Assembly (NCBI GenBank): GCA_951406725.2
Contig: OX597822.1
Coordinates: 102,300,001 to 102,364,000 of the forward strand
DNA from: Octopus vulgaris
Taxonomy: Eukaryota
Reading direction: 5' to 3'
DNA: 64,000 nt
In this document: one piece after another, positions 40,327 to 51,990 of the stretch
Position numbering within the stretch: the stretch's first letter is position 1
How the letters are laid out: every line of letters starts with the position of its first letter
Notes under the pieces: generated by a model
Seen by the model: only the letters and a program-made list of their open reading frames with translations
Database searches by the model: none
What the model was told of the DNA's origin: nothing
Program-made: the position numbers and the translations under genes

Positions 40327-40502
40327 TATACATATGTATGACGGGCTTCTTTCAGTTTCCGTCTACCAAAATCCACTGACAAGGCTTTGGTCGGCCCGAG
40401 GCTATAGTAGAAGACACTTGCCCAAGGTGCCACGCAGTGGGACTGAACCCGGAACCATGTGGTTAGTAAGCAATCTACTTACCACACAGCCACTCCTGCG
40501 CC
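39598..40502 (-). mobile_element. SINE S3 with a fold-back element (39987-40259) inserted in its internal (TA)n
   Basis: S3 tail 39598-39800 and head 40338-40502; inserted arms about 40094-40168 and 40184-40259. Confidence 0.85.
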
Positions 40503-41088
40503 TTCCAAAACTTTTTTTTACCAAATTGTATTCCCCAAAAATTAGGGGGCTCCTAATTAGTTAATTTACGCTTCATTATCAAAGACCCAATTAAAAGTCG
40601 AAGAAAAGCTAGGATACAGAATAGCTTATCAGTAAAACTAATTATACTGTTTATGAACATGTGCTGGCGGTTTTTGCAGCAGGTGGTAAACTTCCATATC
40701 ATAACTAAATTAGATATGGCGAAGGATTTTATTTCCTGATGATGTAAAGCTTCCGGCAGAAGCTGTCAAATGCAATAGCAGTAAATTACAGGATACCATG
40801 CCAACTCGTATGAGTTGCATTAAGAATAACACTTCTAATACATCTCTGTCTACGGTCACGAGAGAGAGAGAAGGGGTGGAGAACCTTAATTTTAGTAAGC
40901 TGCTAAATCATAAAGACGCTTTATGATATGAGACAAATGATATTCTTCAGCTATTTTGTCAACGGAAAATTATATGCTTGGCATCTTTGGCAAGTGTCTG
41001 CTACTATAGCCCCAGGGTTGACCGAAGCCATGTGTGTGGATTTGGCAGACGGAAACTGCAAGAATCCCGTCATATACACGTGTGAATG

Positions 41089-41145
<57 letters not shown>

Positions 41146-41185
41146 GTGTGTGGGCTTGCGTGTGTTTGTGCAAGTGCGTGCATAC

Positions 41186-41269
<84 letters not shown>

Positions 41270-41977
41270 TTGTTTGGCCTTTATTTGTCCTCCATCAATG
41301 CTTGACAACAGATGGTGTTGCTTTCTTTACGTCCACGTAATCTCTAGCGGTTCGTGTAAACAAAGATGACTAAAAATGTAAACAATAAAGCGTAAAATAA
41401 ATATCTATTTGTCAAAATGAAATAAAACTAACAGCAATATGGAAAATAATGCTTCTATACTTAGAGATAAGGTATTACGAATATTATTTTAGCAAGTTTA
41501 AAGTGATTTCTTTTGTGCCGTAAACCATTTTCATTTCTGTGGTGCCCCCGTCCCTTGATGCTTTAAGCACGTGCTTATTTTGATTAGTGTTTGATCCAGT
41601 GCTGGTAAAAGAGAATAAGTACCAGTCTCAATAATAGATAAGTACCGAAGTCGATCTATTCGATTAAGCCAGACAAGGCGGTGCCCCATCATGGCCTACT
41701 TCCATGAGTCAAACTATAAAAGATAAAAGATAACCGATAAACGATTTACTATTAAAATATTAATAAATCTCTGAGCGAGATATAAACAGTAACTGCTCTA
41801 TAACATAAGGGGGATCAGCCATCTGAATGTGGCTAGGGTCAGGGCGGGGTGGTGGGGGTGTTACTGATGCATTTAGCCCCAGGCGATCATCGACGTCACC
41901 AGAAGGGCCGCGACACCATCTCGGTGTCCTTGAAAGCCTGCAAAGGGAGATCAGCCTCCCCGAAGATACGGATACTA

Positions 41978-42020
41978 CATACGGACCGGTTTCGAGGTTA
42001 TTGCCTCTTGTCAACGCATG
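41978..42020 (-). ncRNA. Minimal type I hammerhead ribozyme, U3-A8 core
   Basis: catgcg-TTGACAA-gagg caataa cctc-GAAA-CCGG-TC-cgtatg. Confidence 0.85.
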
Positions 42021-42399
42021 GTAAGCACCGTTCTTTGTTGAGGGACTTCCTCTACAGGCTGGATATATAGGGATTTTCCCAGTAACCACAGTCACTGGCG
42101 TAGAAAATCCGTTCGAAAACAATAATAAATCTCTGAGCGAGATATAAACAGTAACTGCTCTATAACATAAGGGGGATCAGCCATCTGAATGTGGCTAGGG
42201 TCAGGGCGGGGTGGTGGGGGTGTTACTGATGCATTTAGCCCCAGGCGATCATCGACGTCACCAGAAGGGCCGACACCATCTCGGTGTCCTTGCCAGCCTG
42301 CAAAGGGAGATCAGCCTCCCCGAAGATACGGATACTACTGTGAAAATCCCTATATATCCAGCCTGTAGAGGAAGTCCCTCAACGAAGAACGGTGCTTAC

Positions 42400-42442
42400 C
42401 ATGCGTTGACAAGAGGCAATAACCTCGAAACCGGTCCGTATG
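42400..42442 (+). ncRNA. Identical hammerhead in the inverted copy
   Basis: catgcgTTGACAAgaggcaataacctcGAAACCGGTCcgtatg. Confidence 0.85.
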
Positions 42443-43010
42443 TAGTATCCGTATCTTCGGGGAGGCTGATCTCCCTTTGCAGGCTGGCAAGGACACCGAG
42501 ATGGTGTCGCGGCCCTTCTGGTGACGTCGATGATCGCCTGGGGCTAAATGCATCAGTAACACCCCCACCACCCCGCCCTGACCCTAGCCACATTCAGATG
42601 GCTGATCCCCCTTATGTTATTAAAATATTTGCTGACCTAAATCGTGGCAGGAGAGAGAAGGAGTTCATTAAATCATGGCGAGATAATTTGTTACAGAAGT
42701 AGAACAACGGTAACCTTCGGGCTTTCTTTCATTCACCAACCTTCCACTCAGTAATGTAAACATTCTCTCTCTCTCTCTTTCTCCCCCTCTCTTCCTCTCC
42801 CCCTCTCGCTTCCCCACTCCCTCTCTCTCTTTTCTTCTCCCCCACTCTATTTTATTTATCTATCTATCTATCTATCTAGCTTTCTATCTATCTATCTATC
42901 TATCTATCTTATTCTTTACTACAAGTAATAACTTGTCCTGTACATTTCCAGGTTTATAGTCTTAAGAATATGACTTTTCATGCTCGCATTTTTCCATGTA
43001 ATATCTATCC

Positions 43011-43101
<91 letters not shown>

Positions 43102-43209
43102 GTTTGCTCCTAGATATATAATAAAAGAATTCGAGACTGGTATGCATTTGAGCTGTTCGTTTTAGCTTATATTTCTATATAATGGTAGCCGATGTGTATG
43201 TTGAGCTGT

Positions 43210-43245
<36 letters not shown>

Positions 43246-43713
43246 TTGGTTGACTGGTTTCTCTAGTCACGTTTTATAAATCGTACAGAGAGAAGGAGAA
43301 AGAAAGTGCGTTCAAGGGAGATACAGAAACAGTCAACTTAAGAGGTGTAGGATGAGCACACATACTAGGCTTGGTGACAGACAATGAGTAAATAAACACT
43401 ACACACAGAAACAACGAAAGAGAGTGAGGGGAAGATGAGGAGAGGACATGCGAATATATATACGCACATACATGTATGAATGTATGAGTATACTCTTTTA
43501 CTCTTTTACTTGTTTCAGTCATTTGACTGCGGCCATGCTGGAGCACCGCCTTTAATCGAGCAACTCGACACCGGGACTTATTCTTTTGTAAGCCCAGTAC
43601 TTATTCTATCGGTCTCTTTTGCCGAACCGTTAAGTGATGGGGACATAAACACACCAGCCTCGGTTGTCAAGCAATGCTAGGGGACAAACACAGACACACA
43701 AACACACACACGC

Positions 43714-43746
<33 letters not shown>

Positions 43747-43905
43747 TACGACGGGCTTCTTTCAGTTTCCGTCTACCAAATCCAGTCACAAGGCTTTGGT
43801 CAGCCCGAGGCTATAGTAGAAGACACTTACCCAAGGTGCCACGCAGTGGGACTGAACCCGGAACCATGCAGTTGGTAGACAAGCTACTTGCCACACAGCC
43901 ACTCC

Positions 43906-43936
<31 letters not shown>

Positions 43937-43985
43937 TGTATGTATGTATGTATGTATGTATGTATGTATGTGTATATATATAAAT

Positions 43986-44403
43986 TAACTACTAAAAATA
44001 AACAAAATTTTACCGAATGCAAAACTTCAAAACACATCATTTTAAAAAACTGAATTTTTATTCCTACTAGACAATTTGTTACCGAAATGCATTGCGAATA
44101 AGCCCGCCATTTTCATAGATATGTAAAGATAAACATTCGTACATGCTACGACGAATTCTACGGTTGGCTATCGAGCTTGTAATGTTATGTTTTTCTCTAT
44201 ATTTCTTGAGTTTGTTGCACTGATGAACATGAAATGCATATTCTGCATTAAATGCGAAATCACATGTGATATGTAACTGAATTCTTTTTAAAATGATGTG
44301 TTTTGAAGTTTTGCATTCGGTAAAATTTTGTTTATTTTTAGTAGTTTTGACCGCATTGGTCCCTCTTAGCGTGTTGGTATCTACGAATAGTAGTACCCTC
44401 AAT
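43986..44403. repeat. Fold-back element between (TA) runs; arms of about 60 bp (43988-44048 and 44285-44346)
   Basis: Reverse-complement arms; terminus taccctcaat is the reverse complement of attgagggta at 35601. Confidence 0.75.
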
Positions 44404-44429
44404 ATAATATAAAATAATAATATATATAT

Positions 44430-45050
44430 ATATAATGTTTTCCCTTGAAGTCATTGGCTGTCATGCCCGTATAGTGCCTAATAATGCTATCGGATGGTAT
44501 AAGGGTGTCTCTGTATACTACAACCCTTGAGAAGCAGGGTCATCCTAGAGGGAAGGTGGTAGGGTTTCGGAAGTTGCAGTTTTTACGTTTGTTGATGCAT
44601 GCAATGTTAGATGCAATGTTCTCTAAGCAGGAGCAGCTTACCCTGACATTAGGGGGGTTGAAGAGTTTGTAATACTTATAGTCTCTGGGGAAATGCTTCT
44701 TTATTACTGACAGAAAGCATCGTTGTAGTGGAGGCGGCCCTATCAAAGATCTTCATGTTGGCTGAGAGTTTAGACATCTGTTTACCAATGTCTGAAACCA
44801 GGTTTCTAATTACAGCAGGTGGGGTGGGTGGTGGTTGAGCTCTTGTGGATATATACCGTTTCTTCATTAGGCTTCCTGCCCGTGTTCAGGTCTAAAGTTA
44901 TGTCCAAAAAATCAAACATAGTCAGGCTGGTAGAAACTTCAAGGGAAAACATTTCCCAGCGCTTGCTTTCATTTAGACCCAGTTACAGAGAGGACTCCAC
45001 TTCCCTGTCGCGCTTTCTCTGGAGACTTCGTGACCTCTGAGACGAAATAC
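44430..45050 (-). pseudogene. Naiad-type PLE fragment (RT thumb, linker, start of GIY-YIG)
   Basis: FDFLDITLDL...RKPNEETVYIH, KKHFPRDYKYYKLFN..NVRVSCSC..NI, CNFRNP...PL...C...VVY. Confidence 0.75.
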
Positions 45051-45179
45051 CCAGCGCCAAATTAAGTACCAGTTGAACACTGGGGTCGATATAATCGACT
45101 AGCACCGTCCCCAAAAATTATTGAGCCTGTGCCAAAGTTTGAAACCATTATTATTATTATTTCTATTATTATTATTATT

Positions 45180-48100
45180 CTATGTTTGACTTTTGCTTTA
45201 TATTCGTACAAGTTGGCTCCAAGTCTCACCCAGAGACCTCAAGAGACAACAGGGTTGGAAGTTCATGTTGTTGTTATGCCTAGTGTGCCATATATTTGGG
45301 GGGGTGGGGATGTTGTACTAATGAATGTCTAAAAAAAAAAAAAAAAAGTTTTTTTTTTTTTTTTTTTTAAACGAAAATTATGTTTGTTTTAAACCTTGAG
45401 ATTACATAGAGAGTATTTTGCGTAGGATATGAGCAGTTCCCATGAGCACTATCTTTTGAACTTCTGCCATTTTTGGGTTTCCTGGTATCTGAGTTAGGTA
45501 GCTATCAGCCCCTTTTGCTATCATTCCCAGGGCACCTATGACAACAGGTATTGTTTTAGTCTTCAGCTTCCACATTTTGCTGATTTCTATTTCAAGATCT
45601 TTATATTTGCTCAGTTTTTGGTAGGTCTTGACAGATACGTTTATATCGATTGGGACAGTCATATCAATGAGGAGGCATGTTCTTTGTTTGAAGTTTTTCA
45701 ATATGATGTCTGGCCTATTTGCATCTATCTTCCTGTCAGTTTGAATGGTGAAGTTCCAGAGGAGTGAGATGTGGTCATTTTCAAGCACTGGGGGTGGTTT
45801 GTGTTCCCACCAGTTTTTTTCATGGGGCAAATCCAGGTTTTTACAGATTACCCAGTGAATATATTGTGCAGCTCTATCGTGCCTGTTGAGATACTCTGTA
45901 GGCGCTAGAAGACTGCACTTGGAGACCACATGGTCAATGGTTTCATTTTGTTGCTTGCATACACGACACGTTGGACTGCTTCTGATCTTTAATATGTTGG
46001 CCTGGTAGTTTCTTGTTGGTAGGCATTGATCTTGAGCTGCTATGATAAACCCCTCTGTTTCAGATTTTAAGCCAGAGGCCATTAGCCATTGATGGGTCAG
46101 GGCTTTGTCGATATCTGCATTATTCGCTCTCTTTGGGTATTTGCCATAGAGAGGTTTTTCTTGCCATTTATTATTCAGAATATCTAAGGCCGCAGTTTTG
46201 GCACGGGTTTTCATGCGCCTAGCTTTTTCTGTGCTTGTTTCTTGTATATCTATCTCTAATTCCGAAATTGGTTGTATTCGGAATTCACTTAGATATTCCT
46301 TTGCCTGTTTTGTGACTGAGTATGATGCTTTCTTGTTTTCATGTTTTGAGACAAGTTTTAGCATCCAGTCCTCAGAGTTTTTCAGGTAGGTGTCTAGGCC
46401 AATTGTAGCAATCTTCATTGTTATTGCCAGTTGCAAAAGACCACGGCCTCCCTCTTTTCTTGGCAGATAGAGTCGTTCTGTATCTGCCTTAGGGTGGTGC
46501 ATTCTATGCATTGTCAACAGTTTCCTTATTTTTCTGTCGAGCTGACATATTTCAGTAATTGACCAGTTAACAATATTGAAACTGTAAGTCACGACTGGTA
46601 TAGCTAATGCATTGATTGCTTCGATCCTGTTTCTTGCATTCAGCTCTGTCTTGAGTATTGCTCTCACTCTTCGATAGCATTCTCTCCTGATCCTTTCCTT
46701 CATCTCTGAATGCCTTATTCCGTTCCCTTCAATTACCCCTAGGTACTTGTAGCTCTCCGCTGGGTCTAGTTCTTTTATGACATTCTGTTGGTCAAGGTTA
46801 ACGTTAGATGTTTCTGTCATTTTTCCTTTGATAAAGGTAGCCTTTGCACATTTATCGAGGCCGAATTGCATTCTGATGTCGTCACTGAATTGTTTGACTA
46901 TCGCTAGTAAGCCCTTGAGTTGTTGATCATTTTTTGCAAAAAGCTTTAAATCATCCATGTAAACGAGATGATTTATATTTTTATCAAACATTTTATACCC
47001 GTACTGCGCGTCATTGAGCAGCTTTGAGAGAGGTATTAAGGATAAACAAAAGAGGAGTGGTGACAGTGAGTCACCCTGGAAAATGCCACACGAAATTTTT
47101 ACATCACCAGCATTTAGGGATTCACTGTCACTGTTCAGAGTTAGTGTGGTTCTCCATGATCTCATACTTACAGTCAAGAAGTTTCGCAGAGTTGGTGCTA
47201 TCTTATACATTTCAAGGCATTTCCTAATCCAGCTATGTGGTAGGCTATCAAAAGCCTTTTTATAGTCTATCCAGGCTATTGATAAGTTTTTGTGTCGTTT
47301 GTGACAATCTTCTAAGATCATCTTATTGATGAGTAGTTGGTCTTTACAGCCGTAGGATCCACGTTTACATCCTTTCTGTTCATTAGGGAATATGCTGCTG
47401 TCTGTTAAAAAACTATAGGTATATTCCGTCAGGACAGATGTTAGTGTTTTGTACATAGTTGTTAAGCAGGTTATGGGTCTATAGTTTTTTGGTTCATTTG
47501 TTTCTTCACTTTTTGGAAGCAGGAATGTTAACCCATTAACTAGCCAAGGAGGCATCCTACTAGGGTGTTGCAAAACATCATTGTACAGTTCTGTTAGCAG
47601 TTCATGGCTCTCTGGGAAGGCATTCAGCCAGAAGTTAGGAATTTTATCCTTTCCTGGAGACTTCCATTTGCTTGACCTCCTGAGAGCAGATCTTATATCT
47701 TCTACCTTGACACCCTCCCACTTTTGCTCTTCTAAGGGGTCCAGTTCTGTAGATATTCTGTCAATCCAGGGGGCCTTTTCGTTGTGTGTTTTTTCTTCTG
47801 CCCAGATTTTATTCCAAAATCTCTGCACTTCTTCTTTTGATGGTACAGACCCTGCAGTAAACGCTGTTTTTCCTATCTTCCTGTAAAAATTCTTGGTGTT
47901 ATTTTTGAACATGTTGTTGTCCTTGAAAAATCTAACACGCTTTTCATACCTCGCTATGCGGGCAGCTTTGGCAGATACCTTTTGTTTGATGGTTTCTATG
48001 GTGGCATCAATATCAAGTATAGTTTTCATATTGTATTTTTTCAGTAATTTTTGGGTTTTGTAGGTTTGGTAGTCTTGTGAGCCTTAAGGTTTTTCAAATA

Positions 48101-48420
48101 TTCAATGTCAGATCTAAATATTTTAATTTGTTGTTGCAGACGCTCTTGCCAAGAAGGCTTTTTGTGGGACTGTTGCCGTTTTCTAATCTTTACACCACAT
48201 AGGATCGTTGAGATTTTCGCGGATGCATAGTATAGGTGGTTGAGGTTTGTGATATCAACATCATTAACTGAAATTATATCCTTAAGTGCAAGCCGGATTT
48301 TACCAATTATTTTCATGTTTTGGTTAGAGTTGCGGATTTTAGGAAGTGTATCACGCTCATCCATGCTGGTTTCTTTAATTTTCAGCCATTCAATCATTAT
48401 TTGATTTTTTAGCTCATGTA

Positions 48421-48421
<1 letters not shown>
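45180..48421 (-). mobile_element. R4/Dong-like non-LTR retrotransposon, 5'-truncated, inserted in (TAA)n
   Basis: RT, CCHC and restriction-like endonuclease in one ORF; (ATT)n on both flanks. Confidence 0.9.
45402..48029 (-). CDS. Reverse transcriptase-CCHC-RLE polyprotein, 875 aa open; continues upstream through a frameshift into 48041-48397
   Basis: NYRPITCL, WIDYKKAFDS, GIFQGDSLSPLLF, YMDDLKLF, YKYLG, CRVC...ETIDHVVSKC, RHD, RPDI...LIDMTVP...KLSKY. Confidence 0.93.
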   Translation of the reverse strand: MKTILDIDATIETIKQKVSAKAARIARYEKRVRFFKDNNMFKNNTKNFYRKIGKTAFTAGSVPSKEEVQRFWNKIWAEEKTHNEKAPWIDRISTELDPLEEQKWEGVKVEDIRSALRRSSKWKSPGKDKIPNFWLNAFPESHELLTELYNDVLQHPSRMPPWLVNGLTFLLPKSEETNEPKNYRPITCLTTMYKTLTSVLTEYTYSFLTDSSIFPNEQKGCKRGSYGCKDQLLINKMILEDCHKRHKNLSIAWIDYKKAFDSLPHSWIRKCLEMYKIAPTLRNFLTVSMRSWRTTLTLNSDSESLNAGDVKISCGIFQGDSLSPLLFCLSLIPLSKLLNDAQYGYKMFDKNINHLVYMDDLKLFAKNDQQLKGLLAIVKQFSDDIRMQFGLDKCAKATFIKGKMTETSNVNLDQQNVIKELDPAESYKYLGVIEGNGIRHSEMKERIRRECYRRVRAILKTELNARNRIEAINALAIPVVTYSFNIVNWSITEICQLDRKIRKLLTMHRMHHPKADTERLYLPRKEGGRGLLQLAITMKIATIGLDTYLKNSEDWMLKLVSKHENKKASYSVTKQAKEYLSEFRIQPISELEIDIQETSTEKARRMKTRAKTAALDILNNKWQEKPLYGKYPKRANNADIDKALTHQWLMASGLKSETEGFIIAAQDQCLPTRNYQANILKIRSSPTCRVCKQQNETIDHVVSKCSLLAPTEYLNRHDRAAQYIHWVICKNLDLPHEKNWWEHKPPPVLENDHISLLWNFTIQTDRKIDANRPDIILKNFKQRTCLLIDMTVPIDINVSVKTYQKLSKYKDLEIEISKMWKLKTKTIPVVIGALGMIAKGADSYLTQIPGNPKMAEVQKIVLMGTAHILRKILSM

Positions 48422-48497
<76 letters not shown>

Positions 48498-48535
48498 CAT
48501 CATCATCATTATTATTATTATTATTATCATCATCA

Positions 48536-48603
<68 letters not shown>

Positions 48604-50193
48604 TTTTTTTTCTTCTTCTTTCAAATTTGCCTCCATTTCTTGCCGAGTGTCTTCCCGACTCCTAAGGCAAAGAAACTCATAGTATACATTGGTAGGCCAT
48701 TAAACCAAACTCAATAGTTCGTTCATTTTTTTTTTTTTTTAAGTTAAATTAAAATACATGAGCAGCAACAGTTCTCACATCGACAATGCTCTTCTCAATA
48801 CGTGTGATGTACCAGTTAAGACAATCTTTTGCACTTCTTGCAGGGATGGTAAGCCAGGGATCATTCTCATATAATTTTCGGTTCCCTTCTTGATCATTCC
48901 TAGTGCTCCTACGATCACTGGTATTGTAACTGCCTTGAGATGCCACATTTTCTCAATTTCAATGAGTAGGTCTTTATATTTTCTGAGCTTGTCAAACTCT
49001 TTCGCTGAGATATTATGATCACAGGGGATGCTCATGTCGATCAATAAGCAAACTTTATTGTTTTGGTCTTTCACAACAATATCTGGTTTATTGGCCTTGA
49101 TGGTTCGGTCTGTATGTACTGGAAAGTCCCACAGAATGGTTACATTTTCTCCTTCAGTTACAGCCTCAGGGTGGTGATTATACCACTTGTCGGCAGTTTT
49201 GATATTGTAATGCCGACTTATTAGCCAGTGTAGATATTGGCCAACTCTGTCATGTCTTAATTTATACTCCACTGGTGCTAAGACTTTACATCCAGAGATT
49301 AGGTGGTCCACTGTTTCAATCATGTCGTTGCAGAATCGGCATTTTGGGTCTGCTCCATTTTTCATCACATTGGCCTGGTAGTTCCGGGTTAATAGGCTTT
49401 GATCTTGAGCAGCCAGGATGAAACCTTCGCTCTCTGCTTTTAGCCCTGAGCTCCGTAGCCACTGATGGATTTGCTTCTGGTCAACATCAGCTTGTTTGCT
49501 GCGGGCCACATATTTGCCCGTGCAGAGGTTTCTCCTCCCACCTATCAGCCAATTGCTCGTGCGCTTTTTCCGTTGCCATTATTTTTACCTTCTTTGCAAC
49601 AATAGTTGCCGTACTTCCCTCGGGTTGTTCAGTTTGGGTATCCTGCACGAGATCAATAGCAAATTTTTTGCTTTCCTTTATGATAGAATGAAGCTTCTTT
49701 CGTCTCTCGTGATTTTCCACGAGCTTTAGCATCCAGTCATTCGTTATTTCGAGATATTTGGCCAGTCCAATTGTGGTTGTTTTGTAAGCTAGTTCAAATT
49801 GGATCAGGCCTCGACCTCCTTGGGCTCTGGGAAGGTAAAGGCGATCTACGTCTGCCTTTGGGTGGTGCATCCTATTACAACTCAGCAGCTTGCGTATTTT
49901 CCTATCTATATTCTTTACTTCACTCATATTCCAGTTCAACACATTGTAGCTATAAGTAACAACTGGAACTGCTAAGGAATTTATAGCTAACACCTTGTTA
50001 CGTGCATTTAGTTCAGATTTCAGGACTGCACGAACTCTCCTATAACATTCCTTCCTGATCTTCTCTTTCATCCTTGCATGCTGAATACCAGAGCCTTCAT
50101 TTATCCCTAAATATTTGTATGTTTGTTCTTGCTCAAGCTCTGTTATGACTGTGTCAACATCTAACACGACTGAATATGTGGCCTTCACTTTCC
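48604..50193 (-). mobile_element. Second, distinct R4/Dong-like element (C-terminal half, one frameshift near 49500) in the same (TAA)n
   Basis: YKYLG, GGRGL, CRFC...ETVDHLISGC, RHD, KPDIVV...LIDMSIP; (ATT)n on both flanks. Confidence 0.9.
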
Positions 50194-50266
<73 letters not shown>

Positions 50267-50268
50267 TA

Positions 50269-50482
50269 GGCGGTGAGCAAGCAGAATCGTTAGCACGCAA
50301 GACGAAATGCTTAGCAGTATTTCGTCGTCTGCTGCTACGTTCTGAATTCAAATTTCGTCGAGGTCGACTTTGCCTTTCATCCTTTCAAAGTTGCTGAAAT
50401 AAGTGCTTATTTACGCACTGGGATTGATGTAACCGACTAGCTCTTCCCCCAAATTTCAGGCCTTGTACCTATAGTAGAAAGG

Positions 50483-50485
<3 letters not shown>
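50269..50485 (+). mobile_element. SINE S4 with tail type B followed by (ATT)n
   Basis: S4 head and body, then ...ccccaaatttcaggccttgtacctatagtagaaagg(att)n. Confidence 0.85.
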
Positions 50486-50554
<69 letters not shown>

Positions 50555-50626
50555 GATGGAAGCAGTATTATCATAATACCAAAAGGTAAATATTATATCC
50601 ATCTTAACATGGACGTCTTGTTAGAA

Positions 50627-51041
50627 AGGCGGCGAGCTGGCAGAAACGTTAGCACGCCGGGCGAAATGCTTAGCGGCATCTCGTCTGTCTTTAGGTTCTG
50701 AGTTCAAATTCCGCCGAGGTCGACTTTTGCCTTTCATCCTTTCGGGGTCGATTAAATAAGTACCAGTTACGCACTGGGGTCGATATATCGACTTAATCTG
50801 TTTGTCTGTCCTTGTTTGTCCCCTCTGTGTTTAACCCCTTGTGGGTAGTAAAGAAATAGGTATTTCGTCTGCCGTTACATTCTGAGTTCAAATTCCGCCG
50901 AGGTCGACTTTGCCTTTCACCCTTTCGGGGTCGATTAAATAAGTACCAGTTACGCACTTGGGTCGATATATCGACTTAATCTGTTTGTCTGTCCTTGTTT
51001 GTCCCCTCTGTGTTTAGCCCCTAGTAGGTAGTAAAGAAATA
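50627..51041 (+). mobile_element. SINE S4 tail-A dimer
   Basis: Internal junction aagaaata|ggtatttcgtc at 50858/50859; TSD gga(cgt/tgc)cttgttagaa at 50611-50626 and 51042-51057. Confidence 0.88.
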
Positions 51042-51328
51042 GGATGCCTTGTTAGAACACCAAATCCTGCATTGTTAGCCTTGAGGGGCCCTCTCATATG
51101 AGCGCTCGGTGCATAAAAACACACACATTTACAGTAGCAGACGATATTCGTCTGCCACAAGCATTGGAAATCCCATATCATTTGATTACGTTCAACTGAA
51201 GTATAATCGACGAGAGCGAAAATAAAAGTGGTTGGAGGAAAATAAGTGATTTTCAATCATATACGTATTCGTTTCGCTTACTCAGTTGAACAAAGTTTAT
51301 TTTTTTTCCCACGGGTTGGTTTGGTTTT

Positions 51329-51900
51329 AGGCGGCGAGCTGGCAGAAACGTTAGCACGCCGTGCGAAATGCTTGACAGTATTTCGTCTGCCGCTACGTTC
51401 TGAGTTCAAATTCCGCCGAGGTCGACTTTGCCTTTAATCCTTTCGGGGTCGATAAATTAAGTACCAGTTACGCACTGGGGTCGATATAATCGACCTAATC
51501 CCTTTGTCTATCCTTGTTTGTCCTCTCTGTGTTTAGCCCCATGAGGGTAGTAAAGAAATAGGTATTTCGTCTGCCGTTACGTTCTGAGTTCAAATTCCGC
51601 CGAGGTCGACTTTGCCTTTAATCCTTTCGGGGTCGATAAATTAAGTACCAGTTACGCACTGGGGTCGATATAATCGACTTAATCCGTTTGTCTATCCTTG
51701 TTTGTCCTCTCTGTGTTTAGCCCCTTGAGGGTAGTAAAGAAATAGGTATTTCGTCAGCTGCTTCGTTCTGATTTGAAATTCAGCCGAGGTCGACTTTGCC
51801 TTTCATCCATTCGGGGTCGATTAAAGTTACAAACTGGGATCGATGTAATCGACTGGTCCCCTTCCCTCAAAATTTTCAAGGCCTTGTGCCTAGAGTAGAC
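51329..51900 (+). mobile_element. SINE S4 trimer: tail A, tail A, then an older tail-B unit
   Basis: Identical junctions at 51560/51561 and 51744/51745 (184-bp period). Confidence 0.88.
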
Positions 51901-51990
51901 ACAATTAACAAAGGGCAGTGAACTGGCAGGGTTGTTAGTACGCTGGGTAAAATACTTTGCAGCATTTCGTTCGTCTTTATGTTCTAAGTT

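Larger units (their letters stand above)
41762..42617 (-). mobile_element. Non-coding retrozyme-like/PLE pLTR insertion: 362-nt unit x1.6 in tandem plus an inverted partial copy, 12-bp TSD
   Basis: taataaatctctgagcg at 41761 and 42123; inverted copy 42343-42620; TSD tattaaaatatt at 41750-41761 and 42618-42629. Confidence 0.85.
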
